NCBI GenBank assembly: GCA_036172245.1
Contig: JAYWIR010000077.1
Location: forward strand, 310,001-363,177
From: Raillietiella orientalis
Lineage: Eukaryota
DNA length: 53,177 bases
Reading direction: 5' to 3'
The notes below the pieces were generated by a model that was not told the DNA's origin, ran no database searches, and worked only from the letters and a program-made list of their open reading frames with translations. This document shows positions 13,501-25,320 of this stretch, piece by piece. Position numbers and translations under genes: made by a program. Within the stretch, counting starts at the first letter, position 1. Every line of letters begins with the position of its first letter.

Positions 13501-16479
13501 CACGAATCTGTGCCGCATGCCGCAGAGCATTTTTGAAATAGAATTCCTCGTTTAGTTACAGTGGTAGATTGCTGGTTAAGAAGTCCACAGAGATAGCATC
13601 ATCCTGGATACCAAGGAAGGGGCCAGCTCGTTACTGCTATGCGTCTTTTGACGCTTTGACCATGCGATTCGTGCTGGGAAGTGGTACGAGAAGAAAAGCA
13701 ATTGCGGCGAACCACGTTCCCCATTTCGTATGGTAAGTGCATTGAATAAGCAGCGTCCGTGTTCCTGAACATGGGATGCACTTCTGGCGGTAACCGGGAA
13801 CAATAAAGTGGAACGTTTGGAAGTGCCTTTCATGCTCCTGTGTGCAGTCTCTGAGAGCCAAAGTTGAACGGCTCTTTGATTTCTGGATGATTAATAACGC
13901 TGCAAAGCAAAAGTCCAAATTCCGATCCAGCGAACTATTCAGCGGATCATGCACAGGAAGAAAATCGTCTGCGTGTTCATCAAGGACAGCGTGGAAGCTT
14001 TCTTCCCCTTTGCGGCATTTGGGAACACGAGATCGTGGAAGAAAGAGCGCGCCGTGATTCCTGTCCAACGAGTCCCAGTCGAACTCTGAAAGGGACAGAC
14101 TGTTCGCTGGGATGCCAACCACGTGTTGCCAAAACCTACTGAACCCCATAACCTCACGTACCAGCGCAAACAGTGGATCGACGGGTGAACGATCGATTTC
14201 ACTGCGTCCACGAGGAGAAATCCAAGGGCATGCAGCTCGAGAAACCAACGTTGACGTCTTTATTCCGATCGAACAGCTCTCGAAATGGAGGCAACGGAGA
14301 TGGGAGCCTCCGGTTTGTCTTTTGAATTTAGCGCAGGGAAAACCGGAATGTTGAGGGGAGCTTCCTGCCTTGAACTCCGTCATGAATCCAAGGAGGCACT
14401 GACCGTTGTGTGCAGCTTCATTAGCATCGGGCAAGCCTCTATCCGTTCAGGGCCCCTCCGACAAAATGAAGGGGTGCTCACGATTCTTTCAAGGAAGCTG
14501 CGGACTGTTCCCTGCAGCGCGCTTGTCGTTGCGCTAGAGGTTCAAAAACCTGTGCTAGGGGAGCCTTCATTTGAACTGCTTAGCTCTGACAACAGACATT
14601 TCGCTTGCAGGGCATAGAAGTGGTGGACGTTCACATAAGGAGGAAGTGCGTGTCTACGCACTTTTCGAATGCATGCAGGAGCGAATTTTTAGTGAAGGGT
14701 CACGAAAATTTGCTGCTTTTCACTGAAGGAAGAAAGGAGTTACAGTACAGTATTCTATATGAGAAATGTACGCCTCGTGCTAAAGACGGTACAGTATTGC
14801 AGCGAATGAGATTCTTTGTATTCAATCTGAGGTGCAGATGGCTGGAACGAAATGGCATGTATGTCGTTTTAAGTGTCATCTCCTCAAACTATCATATTTG
14901 AATGTGTCGAGAAGTGATGGGAGACGTATGAGATTTCCGATATGGTAAGGACACCAAAGATGCAATGCAGGACAGCTGTGTTCTGTGCATGCGAGCTGAA
15001 CTGCGGTTTTGCCCTTCGTGAAACCTTTTCCTGCTTGCTTTACGTTCTTTTTTTTTTTTTTGGTAATCTTCTCTTTGCTCTGCCTCCTCTTTTCTCATTT
15101 TACGGTCTTCAGGTTTTCGAATGACTTGATTTTCTCTTTGACAAGTTTTCCGCATCCAGTGGCCCCCCTTCCGTAAGTGCATTCTTGGTTTCCAGTTATC
15201 TCCTTAGATCTGCTGGCCTTTTCAAGATTGGCTCCTGCATCTCGTCCGTTGTTTGCGCATTCTGATCATTGCAGGTCGCTTTTACTTTCGAGCTTTTGAT
15301 ACCCCGGTATTGTACAGACATTCGGTGGATGGCTGCATTCGTTGCAGCGTGCAGCTGGACATGCATCCACTCGATGTCTGCAGCTGCTGTGTACAAGACG
15401 AAAGTGAGGAATGCTTCCTATGCGTGACTTGAAAGTCGTCCGACAAGGTCTCCAGTTGCGCGATCTGTCAGCACTCTGGGTAGTGGCGTACAGATTGATC
15501 TTGACCAAGCGCCTCTCCCGAGGTGTTCCCGAGCAAGTTTCCCGTTCACTTCGATTTCCACGCACACAGAGGTGCTCTCAGACGGTGTTTTGCTCCATCT
15601 CAGAGCTGAGGCCGAAAAAGGGGGTCGTCGTCGCAGTTCTTTCATTCAGTTTCTTCAACAAGCAACCGCTTAGAGAGGTAGCGTCAACGACAGGACCATC
15701 GAGCATTCTGGTATGATCACAGTCTGCGCAAGTGGTGAGGTTACGCGCAAGCGGCAATATCGTTCCCCCACCCCCTTCGAATACACAGTTTCTTTATAAT
15801 GATATACATACATGTCTCGCACTGTAGTGTTTTTGCGCCCCTTTTAGGATAACTTCGGGGTTTTCACCGGGGTTCGTTTTCAATTCCATTCACGTTTTCA
15901 ACTGCTAAGTGGCGTGCCTTTGCCCTAAGAACGTGACCGTTGATCGCATTTGGCGCAGCTACGGCGGCTGACGCGTAGAACGCTGCGTCCTGCTGCCGCA
16001 GGCGCGTTTACGTGCCTAACCATATGGTATGAGGCTTTGGCTGGCTCGTCTCTTTCGCAGCACTGGGCGGTCTCACTCTGGGCGTGTGTCTGATGAAGCC
16101 TCCTGCAATGAACAGGCACTGCCCATTCTTCACTACATGGAAGGGCGGAGGATGTAAAGTTCGCCGATTTTTAGTGACGCAAACAGTAGAAAAACGGCTC
16201 CCAGATACACTTTAGTGGTTTGCACCTAGCCAGTCTCAACCTAAAACTTACGCTTCCCAGTAATGCGGTTTGCGGTCATCGCAGGGGTCAGCCTTTGGTG
16301 CAACGACCGAGCATTACTCTGGAGGACTCGGTCGTGATCAGGATCTCGAAACCAAAGTTGAGGGACCAGAAGCTACGGGAGAATGCTTCACAATACGAAA
16401 TCGAAAATGCCTTTTTTTGTCTAAAACCTGCATTACGACTCATGGCGAAGCTTATACTGAGTGTCCGAAATGGACAGTA

Positions 16480-17389
16480 GGAATCCTCGACTATCGAATC
16501 CATCGTACACGCAAAATAGTAAACCGCGTGCACAACCCATGATTCCATTTCGTCATTCCCACCTCGTTTCTAATTTGTGCGATTTGAGGCCACCGATCGG
16601 ATGTTGGTGAAATGATGAACAGTACCGTGAATTACGTTTACTGAGGCATACATTCGGGCTGTCGATTTAGCACCAGTCAGATGCAGCAATTCGTGCTCAA
16701 TATTTGGTTCACATACACACATACAGTCCTGTTCTTACATTTGCGAAACACAGGAGATCTGTTTTGCTGCCAAGTCAGCTGATTCCACATTCCTTCAGAA
16801 TCACCGTTTTTCACAATCCTAAAATCTTCCTCCTGTCCGGCAGTTGTCGCAACAACAAAATTATTCGAAATATATAGTCTCCAGCTATTTCGGAATTCAA
16901 CACATTCGACTCCTTTTGATCAGAAAAAGTATCCGTAAGAGGTTCCAAAGATATCCTCACACCGTACAACTTTACATACTCAAACAGTCTCGACATTCCA
17001 CTCAGATTCCAAAATCCAAGCAACGTACTCGTGGTGCGCTTATGGAAATCGGTATGATACACAAAGCAACCGACATAATAACCTTCACCACCAACAAGCC
17101 TCAACTCTTGACGAACAGTAGAAGCACGCTTCGTAAGATGACAATCCCTAAACCGAATACGCGCACCAGAACGCAACACCTTCCCAATCCAGGAGGAAGC
17201 ACGTCCAAAATTGCCACGATCTTTAACACGCCTCCTCAGAGAATTACGCTTACGATGATTACCACGAGAATGCAATGCACGACGTCTACGACGCTGTTTA
17301 CGTAAAGAAACATTCCTAAGATCAGCACGATGAGGTGTACGTGTCGCAACAGGCATCCTCACACCGCAACCTCTTGTATCCTCATGCAT
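16480..17389 (-). pseudogene. Endogenous CRESS-DNA virus capsid (Cap)-like gene. ORF 17389/17356 to 16811, probably continuing through frameshifts to ~16480
   Basis: Arg-rich N-terminus (RKQRRRRRALHSRGNHRKRNSLRRRVK), then SRLFEYVKLYGVRISLEP, which resembles the circo/CRESS Cap 'LF-x-x-Y-R-I-x-G-V-K-x-x-F-x-P' strand. Lies head-to-head with a Rep gene. Downstream frames give RTVCVYV and WVVHAVYYF. Confidence 0.7.
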
Positions 17390-17546
17390 TCCAAAATGAA
17401 GGGAACAAAGAGAATACGAACCCCCTGACCCTCACATTCCGCTAATTTGACACCGACTAGGCAAAAACCACTTAAAAAGTGCAGAGGATGACCCTGAACT
17501 CGGCAAACCGTATCAAACCAAAACACACACACCAAAAGGTTGCAAC

Positions 17547-18050
17547 ATGCCGTACGCAAAGTGCACGCTGCGGTGCTTCACCCCAAACAACTGGATAACC
17601 GCAGAAGAAACACAGGAAAGGTCACTTCGAAAAGGAAAGCACGGAATGCTCGGAAAAAAAGCAAGCTCCACAGCAACCCCGCATCTCCAGGGATGCTTCC
17701 AAACAGCAATACCCTCCACGATACCTCAGCTAAAAGGAATCCAACGTTTCTCAAGAGCTGCCGTGCAAACCTCCAAACGAAATCCTCAACGCCAAAAGAC
17801 CGCCATGCGAAAGGGGCCCACCGAGAAACGAAAAACCTCCTACTACACAAGATCAAGAACATCCATTGCAAGCACGAGTGAACACGGTTCATTTCAGATC
17901 ATCGCATACGGAAAAGAGGGAAAAAAGAAAAATCGTTCTGCGAAAACGAACCACAACCATTCGAAAAACAGAAAGCCTTCAACATCGGCGGTATAAGACT
18001 CGGAAAATCGTACTCTCCAAACAATCCAACGATCCTCAACGCATTACAAC
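17547..18050 (+). pseudogene. rep: Endogenous CRESS-DNA (circovirus/cyclovirus-like) replication-associated protein Rep, frameshifted and interrupted
   Basis: RCR motif I CFTPNN (from 17574; consensus CFTLNN) and motif II TPHLQG (17676-17693) at canonical spacing. A degenerate motif III region follows (RAAVQTSKRNPQRQK). Walker A GGIRLGKS lies at 17987-18010 in a shifted frame, just after RKTE. Confidence 0.85.
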
Positions 18051-18051
18051 C

Positions 18052-19200
18052 ATGGCAAACCTCTACCCCTTGAAACCTCTCTACCGGCTCCTGGCAGCCC
18101 ACGCATGGATCTCCTGCCGCCCAACGAACTTTGACTCCTGGCGGCAGGAACCGTTGCATGCCTGGGCAAATAACAGGATGTTTCGCTCTTGGAACTCCGT
18201 TGCGCCAACCTCTCCCCGTACTGCAAAGTGGATGACGTCTGGAACAGCTGGAGAAGTGGATTCGCCTGGCCGTCACACCCCTCGCCGACGCGCTGTCAGC
18301 CCTCAGGGCAAGTGACGACAGCTGCGAACCGGCGAGATGGGAGGTCGCCTGCACCATCGCAGGAACAACACGACCCATTGGCGGCTGGAGGAATTGCGAG
18401 CTGGCGGACGCCGCCACGCCTCGCCACGTTCCGAAGGGACTCCTTCGATGGAGTGAACACTTGAGTGTGCCCCCCGAAGAACTTGTGGTCCCTCCCTCCT
18501 GTTTGAACACTTCTGTGTTCCCCCTTTCGTGGAAGCAGGACGTGATCATGCTGGTGCATTGGGGGTTTCACTCCAACCAGCGCACGAACCGTGTTTCCGG
18601 GGGAGTTGTCTCCCCAAACTGCAAGCGGTGCGGGGAAGTGGAAACGCTCCCGCACATGCTCCTGGACTGCGGTGCCCTTCTAGGACTTTGGCGGAGGCTG
18701 GCCTCAGCTCTCCTGCACCAGGGGAACACCGCGAGGGACTTGATGCGTCGCTTCTTCACGCCAGGCGGCCTGTCTTTAGGTGCTGTCATCGCAACGGTCT
18801 GTTGCACCCGCGCCATCGACAAGGCCCACCGAGAGCTGGAGAAGCTGGCGATTCGTTCTCAGGCCACCGGAATAGCCGGCGTGAGCATGGCGTCGGCTGC
18901 CGAGTGGGCCCATCTGCCAGTGGACGTTAGGAGCGATATCACCGGCATCCATCGCCGGTTTTGAAAGGAAGGAACGGCGTTACCAAAGACCCCTGTCCCC
19001 TGCCCTCCATATTTTCATTTTTATATATATATTTTTTTAAAGTAGTGTATATGTGGTCCCCTCCCTCCCGTTCCGGACTTTCGGCATACCGACCTGCGTG
19101 TCGGGGATCCCACCCCCTTCGTCTCTTGTTTTTCCTTTGTCCAGGAACTCTGTTCCCGGATAGTTTCTTAATAAACGCCCCGGCGCACCCGGGTGATAAA
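18052..19200 (+). mobile_element. 5'-truncated L1/Tx1-clade retrotransposon (copy B) inserted in the viral rep gene
   Basis: HAWISCRPTN, GLLRWSE and CKRCGEVETLPHMLLDC, then a pyrimidine-rich 3'UTR ending AATAAACGCCCCGGCGCACCCGGGTGATAAA. Confidence 0.88.
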
Positions 19201-20199
19201 CAGCCAAACCGTCACATCGGAAGGCATTCAGCCAACAGCACACCAAATAAAAAAAACAACAGGCTGATGGCCGTGGCCATCACATGACAACCACGCATTG
19301 CGAAAGGCTCGAAGCCAGCCACCGAAACAACCAGGTTGCAGAGACAACACAAAAAAAAACATCACAAACAATTTGGCAAGCAATCCAAACAAAAACCAGC
19401 AAACACGAGAACCAAAAGAAAACAAATCCAAATGCATGATAACCGCGGGGATAACACCAAACCCGCAAAAGACTCAGGTGAAAAAAAAAAAAACAAAATA
19501 AATCACCCTCAAAAAAAGCACTGCATGTTGTGTTTAGACACGAAGACAAAAGAACATCCAAAACCAAATCAACCAAACCAATCAATCAAAACCAAAGAAA
19601 GAAGTCACCCACGACAAAACAGGGACTCCACCAGAACAAACCACCGTCCAGTCAAAACAAAAAGTCCAGTTGAAAGCAACAAAAACAAAAAGCAAGGCAG
19701 CTGAGCATTTCAAAGCACCAGAAAAAGAAGGCAGGCACCCACAACGACCGCCTCCCCTTGGCACAGAAGGTATGAGCCAAGATGAACGGCCCTAGACGAG
19801 CACATTGCCCGCAAACGAGGCGGCCCACAGAAGACGGGCAGAATCAACGGGACAACTTCATCATCCCGACACACTGTCAGTCGCGCTGCAACCGTTTCAA
19901 TGGCAAACGTGAAGAGAACCAGGAATCAAACAGGAGACAAGGAAAGTAAGCCCTCGAAAACGAAGACGCGTCTTCGTTTTCGGGCTACAGACGGAAAAAG
20001 GAAAAGCTGCTCTTAGAGCAACAGGCCCGCTCGGCAGTAGCGAGCGCTGAGCTCAGGAGGACCTCCGGAAGGGGCGTGCCGGGGGGAAGAACGCCTCAAC
20101 CATGAAGAGGAGCGCCACTCTGGCAGTGGCATGTGCCGATGATGGACGAGGGATCAAGCAGCGCATCCAGAAACTGTGGATTCCAATGCAGTGTAGTTG

Positions 20200-21900
20200 A
20201 GCGTACTGACATCAGAAACCTGTTCACTTGGCCCGCCAAGTGCAACTCGGGAGGTGGGAAAAGGGAGAATAGGGCGTCACGGTTCCGCGACCAGGAGCTT
20301 CCTCGGGGGGAAGGGTGGCTCCCGGGGCGATCGTAGTGGCTGCGAGAAGGTCGTAGCGAACTTCCTATGAAAGTTGGATGGCAAACGGAAGCGACTTTTC
20401 AAGGGAAACGTGTGAAACACAAAGACAAACTTGGCAAGCGGAGAGCCCGCTGACCAGGGCGCCCCACGGACGACCGGCGGAATCTCCGGGGCAACCCGAC
20501 CTTCTGGTCCGACTTCCGGATTCGTTGCAACGCCTGCAGTGGCACGCTTGAAGAGAATTAGGAATCGAATGGAAGGCAATGGAAAGATCTTCCCCGGTGG
20601 ACGGGGCGGGTTTTTCGTTGTGGGCTGCCAAGAGGAGAAACGGATAGGTTGCAGGGAAAGGGTTGGCCCGCCAGTGGGAAGGGAGCGCTTTTGTTGTGGA
20701 AGGATGAGGAAGCGCTGCGATGTCCTGCGGTCAGTTTTGCGTCTGCGCACTGCATGAAGGAGTGCAGTGGAAGCAAAAGTCTACGTTGTCCTAAGGATGC
20801 AAAGGGTGAACCAAAATTCCTGGGTGGGTTCCCCATCAAAAAAAGGATTAAAAAAAAAGGTGGGGATTTCTGTTTTCGTTGAGTTTTTTTTTCTTTGCGC
20901 TATTTTTTTGACGTTTCTTTTTTCTCGGTTTTTTTTCTTTTCTTTTTTCTTCTTTTTTTTCTTTTCTTTTTTTTTCGTTTCTTTTCTTTTTTTTTCTTTT
21001 CGTTTTTATTTCCCTTTCATTTCTTTTTTTTCTTTTTTTTCTTTTTTGCTTAGAAATTCAGTGTGTGACCTTGTTGCAGAGATAAATTCCGACGACCTGC
21101 TCACACTCCTACGGCGACGGTCAATTGGGGACAAGATGACTAAGTTGACTGAGTTGCAGATTGAAATCTTGAACAAAATGCCATTCCTGCGGGCCACGAA
21201 TGCAAATCCACACGAAAGCGGAAAACGACGTTGTGACCGGAAACTGAAAGAACTTCCCGGAATTGGGATCCCCGTGGAAAAAAAGGGACAAAAACTGGGG
21301 AATTGGAGGCCACTGGGATGGCTATGCCTGGCCGACAAAATTCCAGTGCACAAGAATACGACTATTTGGGGAAATGGACCGAAAAAGAATTCCGACCATG
21401 AAGGTGGATGGGGGGTGATGGGGAGTACATGGGAAATGTTCATCTCCGAACGTTTGGGAGGACAAGGATTGCTCCTGGAGAGAGCGGCGGTAGCGAATGA
21501 GCGTGGTCGGAGTGGTTCGATGGTCGGTTCTGCTGGATGGATCGAGCAGTGACGCGAGCGGTGCAACTGTTCCTGGTCGCCTACCTTTTCGACTGGTTGC
21601 CTTCTTCTGGCTGTCTCCAGGGATGCAATTGGATTCCGCAGTTTCCAGTGGTGGATGGAAGGTTTTTTTTTTTTTTCGTCACCTCTAAGGCATGTTTCCC
21701 CAAGGTAAGGACTTCGCCTCTGCTTCTGCGCAGCACTTCCTGTCCACACTGAGGAATCTTGTCTTTGGAAAATGAGGTGAAAACTGATTGTGGGATGTGT
21801 GGTTTCCATGGTTTTTTTGTTGTTGTGAGTTCTAGTGCGCAGGATTCGCAATTTGCTCCGTGCATTCCTAGAGAGAATGTTTTTTTTTTTTTCTGAGATT
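20200..21900 (-). mobile_element. Old degenerate APE-type LINE fragment (endonuclease to start of RT)
   Basis: Minus-strand KNILSRNARS (ILSWNVRS-like), ETTH, CTGILSARH (GDFNAxH-like), GPEG and RPIL remnants in the expected order. Matches are weak. Confidence 0.4.
20880..21050. repeat. Poly-pyrimidine (T-rich, TnC) low-complexity tract
   Basis: About 170 nt of almost only T and C; it produces the spurious poly-Phe ORF at 20767-21552. Confidence 0.85.
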
Positions 21901-21926
21901 GTGATGGTTTCTGTTAACGGGGACGT

Positions 21927-24900
21927 TGATCATCCAGATTTTCCGGGGCATTCCTTGTCGAAATTGAAAACACAAAAGTATTGCACAATATGGTCGTCAT
22001 ATGCTTTTCTTGGTTGCACATTTGGTGCTGCCACTTTCGGGAGACTTGCCGTGAACCAGTGCAGAGACTGGTGAGGTCCTCTCCGTCACCTAAACGGAAG
22101 GAAGAGACGAAAGAAAAATAAACCAAAGGAATTGAAAATTGGGGGAAGGGGATGTTTCTTGGGGAAGGGAGGGATGGGAATGTACCACTGTTTGCCTGGA
22201 TCAGAACTCGGCATCCTGTTCAGGATACTGACAATGGCTGCTTTGAAATTTCTTCGTTGTGATTAATTTGACACGCTCTGGAAAAAGATCGTTGTCGAGT
22301 GCAGGACATTACTGCTGTTTTGCCTTCTTCTTTTGGCGTTCCACCACGCCACGATTCCGCGAGCACAGCTGAGCAGTGCTAGAGACGCGGCGTAGGGCAG
22401 AGCATTACGTCTGAAGATGGCCGTAAAATATTTTTAGGGCCGCCTGCCGTTAGATTTACAATGGACAAGAGTCGATCCCAAAGTTCACGGCGGGCGACGC
22501 AGTCCAATACGAGATGCGGGAAGCCCTTTCACCGCACTCTGCACAACGGGAATCCCCACTCCCTAGTGTCCAGTGAGAGAGGCGTGCTCTGCATGGGATT
22601 CCCCCATGCAGCAATAGAAACGCCGCCTCTTGCCACCCCATTGGAAGGGAGCTCCTGTGCCAATATGCTGGGGGCCACTTCACATCCTCCGGTTGCATTC
22701 CGAGCAGCACGCCTCAGCGCATGAGTTCTTTCGACGCGACACTCGAAGTCGCAGCGTCCACTGCCTGCCGAGTTGTCCACGCTTTCTTTAGTTTTTTCCT
22801 GCCTCCAATGATGCAGGACACTTCCCACGATGCTCGTCCGTTTCTATCTCAAGCGTATCTGAGGTAGATCAGCACGGGAGCAAGGAGGATGGAGGAAGGC
22901 CACAGCAATTTGCGTGGGTTGTTTACCATCCGCCGCAGGAGCCGTCGAGTGCAAGGACCTCGTCGGAGGTAGGTGGTTTCCACCTCGCTCGAACCATCGA
23001 TTCTTCCTCATGCGGAAACTGACTCCTGAAGCCAGGCAGTACAGTTCGCAGGGAGGCACGAGTTCCACGTGTTGTTCCTCATGAGAGCTACCATGTGGCG
23101 CAGCTGATGGCCGCATTAGCCCAGATTGCGTTTGTATGTTACGACGATCGAGGACAATCCTTTGCAGCCGGTCACTCTGCTGGCGAGGAGTCGAGCGGGT
23201 TCGCACCATGGCGTTGTGCACAACTTCGCCGCAAGGTCGAGTCTTGGAAATTGGAGCTGTCGCTCCATGAGCTCCAGCGTAAGGAGACCCAATCCACCGT
23301 CCCTGCGTGGAGCTCAGAAGTCATTGAAGCGGATGCGCTTCCTCGCTGTGCCCCACAGGACTTTCCTCAGGAGGTCCTCGATCCGTATTTTTATCACGGG
23401 TGGGGCGGGGCATGGAAAATGTAAAGGGAGAAGGAGAGGGGCTGCAATCGTGTTCCGCACCGCGGCCCGTTCCTACAAGTGAAGCTTGCCGTTCCCGAAC
23501 GGGCCGATCACCAAATCCACCTTTTGGAGACGGTCGGACCAGGCTTCTGCCGCGCAGAAGTCCCTCAACGCAACGTCAAGGTACTTAAAGCACCCGCCCG
23601 TGGGGATCCCCAAGCGGATCCATTCCGGCAGTCCAGCCCACGCCGAGCCGACATAAATCAAGGACGACTTGGCTCTGTTCACTTCCAGGCTCTTCCCACA
23701 GCCGAGCAGCCCTAAGAAACCGTCGAGATCGGAAGCCGAGGTGGACTCGGGGAGCAGCAGCAGAAGATCCGTCTGCGTAGGACGACACGGTGGGCATGCC
23801 GGGAAACGTACTCGGCAGAGTTTCCAAAGTCTCGCTGTATGCTGTCAGCACCAACTCAAATTAGATGCTGAACAGCAGGCGGCTCAGGCTGTCATCCTGC
23901 CTTATGCCACGCCGAACCGGCGCACGCTGAAACAAATATGTATGAGCGCGAAGCGCCACAGGGATCGCAGATAGGCCAGGAAGACGGTCGGAAATCCCAT
24001 GCGTTCCAGGAGTTCCAGAAGGAGTTCCTGGGGCTCTGGTAGCTAGCAAAGACTGGCTCGATTTCACGGGCTGGGAGTTCCAGAAGGAGTTCCTCGTCGA
24101 CGCAGTGAAATGCTTTACTCAAATCGACCGCGAATGCAAGGGCTCCGGACCCGGCTCTTCCTCGTTGACCTTCCTCTCTCTGGTCAGAGGAAACGCGAGG
24201 ATCCTCTTGACCTGTCTGACCTTCGCGCTGTAGCGGCTGCCACCATGGTTCTTTCGGGAAAAGCGTAGGTCTGTTCCGTACTGACCACGGATTCTGCCAG
24301 CCGTCCAGGTCGCTCAGTTGGGTCGCTATAATTTGGCAAGCGAATTCGCGTCTGCATTCAGTAGAGTGATGGGCCACCAGTTGCCTACGTTGCGAAAGTC
24401 TCCTCCTTCCGGAAGGAGACGTGCTTTAGCTGACCGGAACGAGTTGGGAACGTCCCCTCGTTTGCGGATCAGCATGCCTAGTTCGAGCACCAGGGGGACC
24501 AGCTCTGCCGCGAAGCATTGGTAAAACTCCGCGGGCTTCCCCTGGTGCCTTTGTTTTTTTGAACTTTCCGATTGCAGAGATAATCTCCGCCGTCGAGAAA
24601 GGCTCCTGGAGGTGGTTCCGATCCTCATCTCTCAACGCTGGGGCACCCTCTGGAAGCAATCGCCACGCAAAGGCGCGCTCGGGTCTTGCTCTCGCGTAAT
24701 GTGAGGAGTAAAAAAACACGCAAGATGTGGCTTACCTGCGCTGGGGATGAGCATTCTCGGCCTTGGGCGTCCGGCAAGCTGGCTGAACCGGATCGTCAGG
24801 TCTGCCCTTCGGCCCCAGCTCTGCGTTCCGCCAGGCGTCGGACGTCGGCATTCCTGGAGTAGAGACGGAGCTGTAGGTAGGCCCCCAATGCTTCGCCAAA

Positions 24901-25320
24901 ACCCGGGAGAAGACGGTTCAGGGGTAACTGGTCGCAGAACTCTCGGACTGAGCTCTTCATTTCGTCCCAGTCCGGGGACATCCGCAGCTGGAATTCTCTC
25001 AGAAGCGCGCCGAGATGCTCCGCTGCTCCTGAGAGGCGCAACCAGTCCACTGGCAGGAGCCACGTTTGAGAGGGCTGACCTCTTCCTCGCGGGTGTATGT
25101 CGAGCACAAGTCGCGGATGGTCGGACAGCTCTGATAAGAGTGCTCCACGATTTGCCACCCGTACGCGCACAGGTGGTCGTCGAGGAGCATGCGATGAATG
25201 CTGTTCGCCGCCTCGGCATCTGCGGCCAACAAGTTGCGCGTGTGCATGGCTGCGCACATCTCGTTGACCATGCGCGCTCGTATATCGCGCGCACACCTGC
25301 CACCAGGCGAACGTTAAAGT
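21927..25320 (-). mobile_element. L1/Tx1-clade retrotransposon (copy C): near-complete degenerate ORF2 and 3'UTR. Its 5' part probably resumes at ~26690-27200
   Basis: EN C-half (FNV...LSDHPRL...TWLL), linker WDEMKSSVREF, RT (KAPG, WPITLLNADA, VDLSKAFH, RRGIRQDD, SYADG, FKYL) and zf CAECGER. Confidence 0.85.

Noticed and set aside
19170..19200. Terminal GC hairpin as a Helitron 3' end or bacterial terminator
   Set aside because: No CTRR end or U-tract follows. It always caps LINE ORF2 3'UTRs, and two copies have TPRT-type TSDs.
20767..21552. 261-aa ORF with a poly-Phe 'membrane' segment
   Set aside because: Artefact of the T-rich tract, antisense to a LINE relic.
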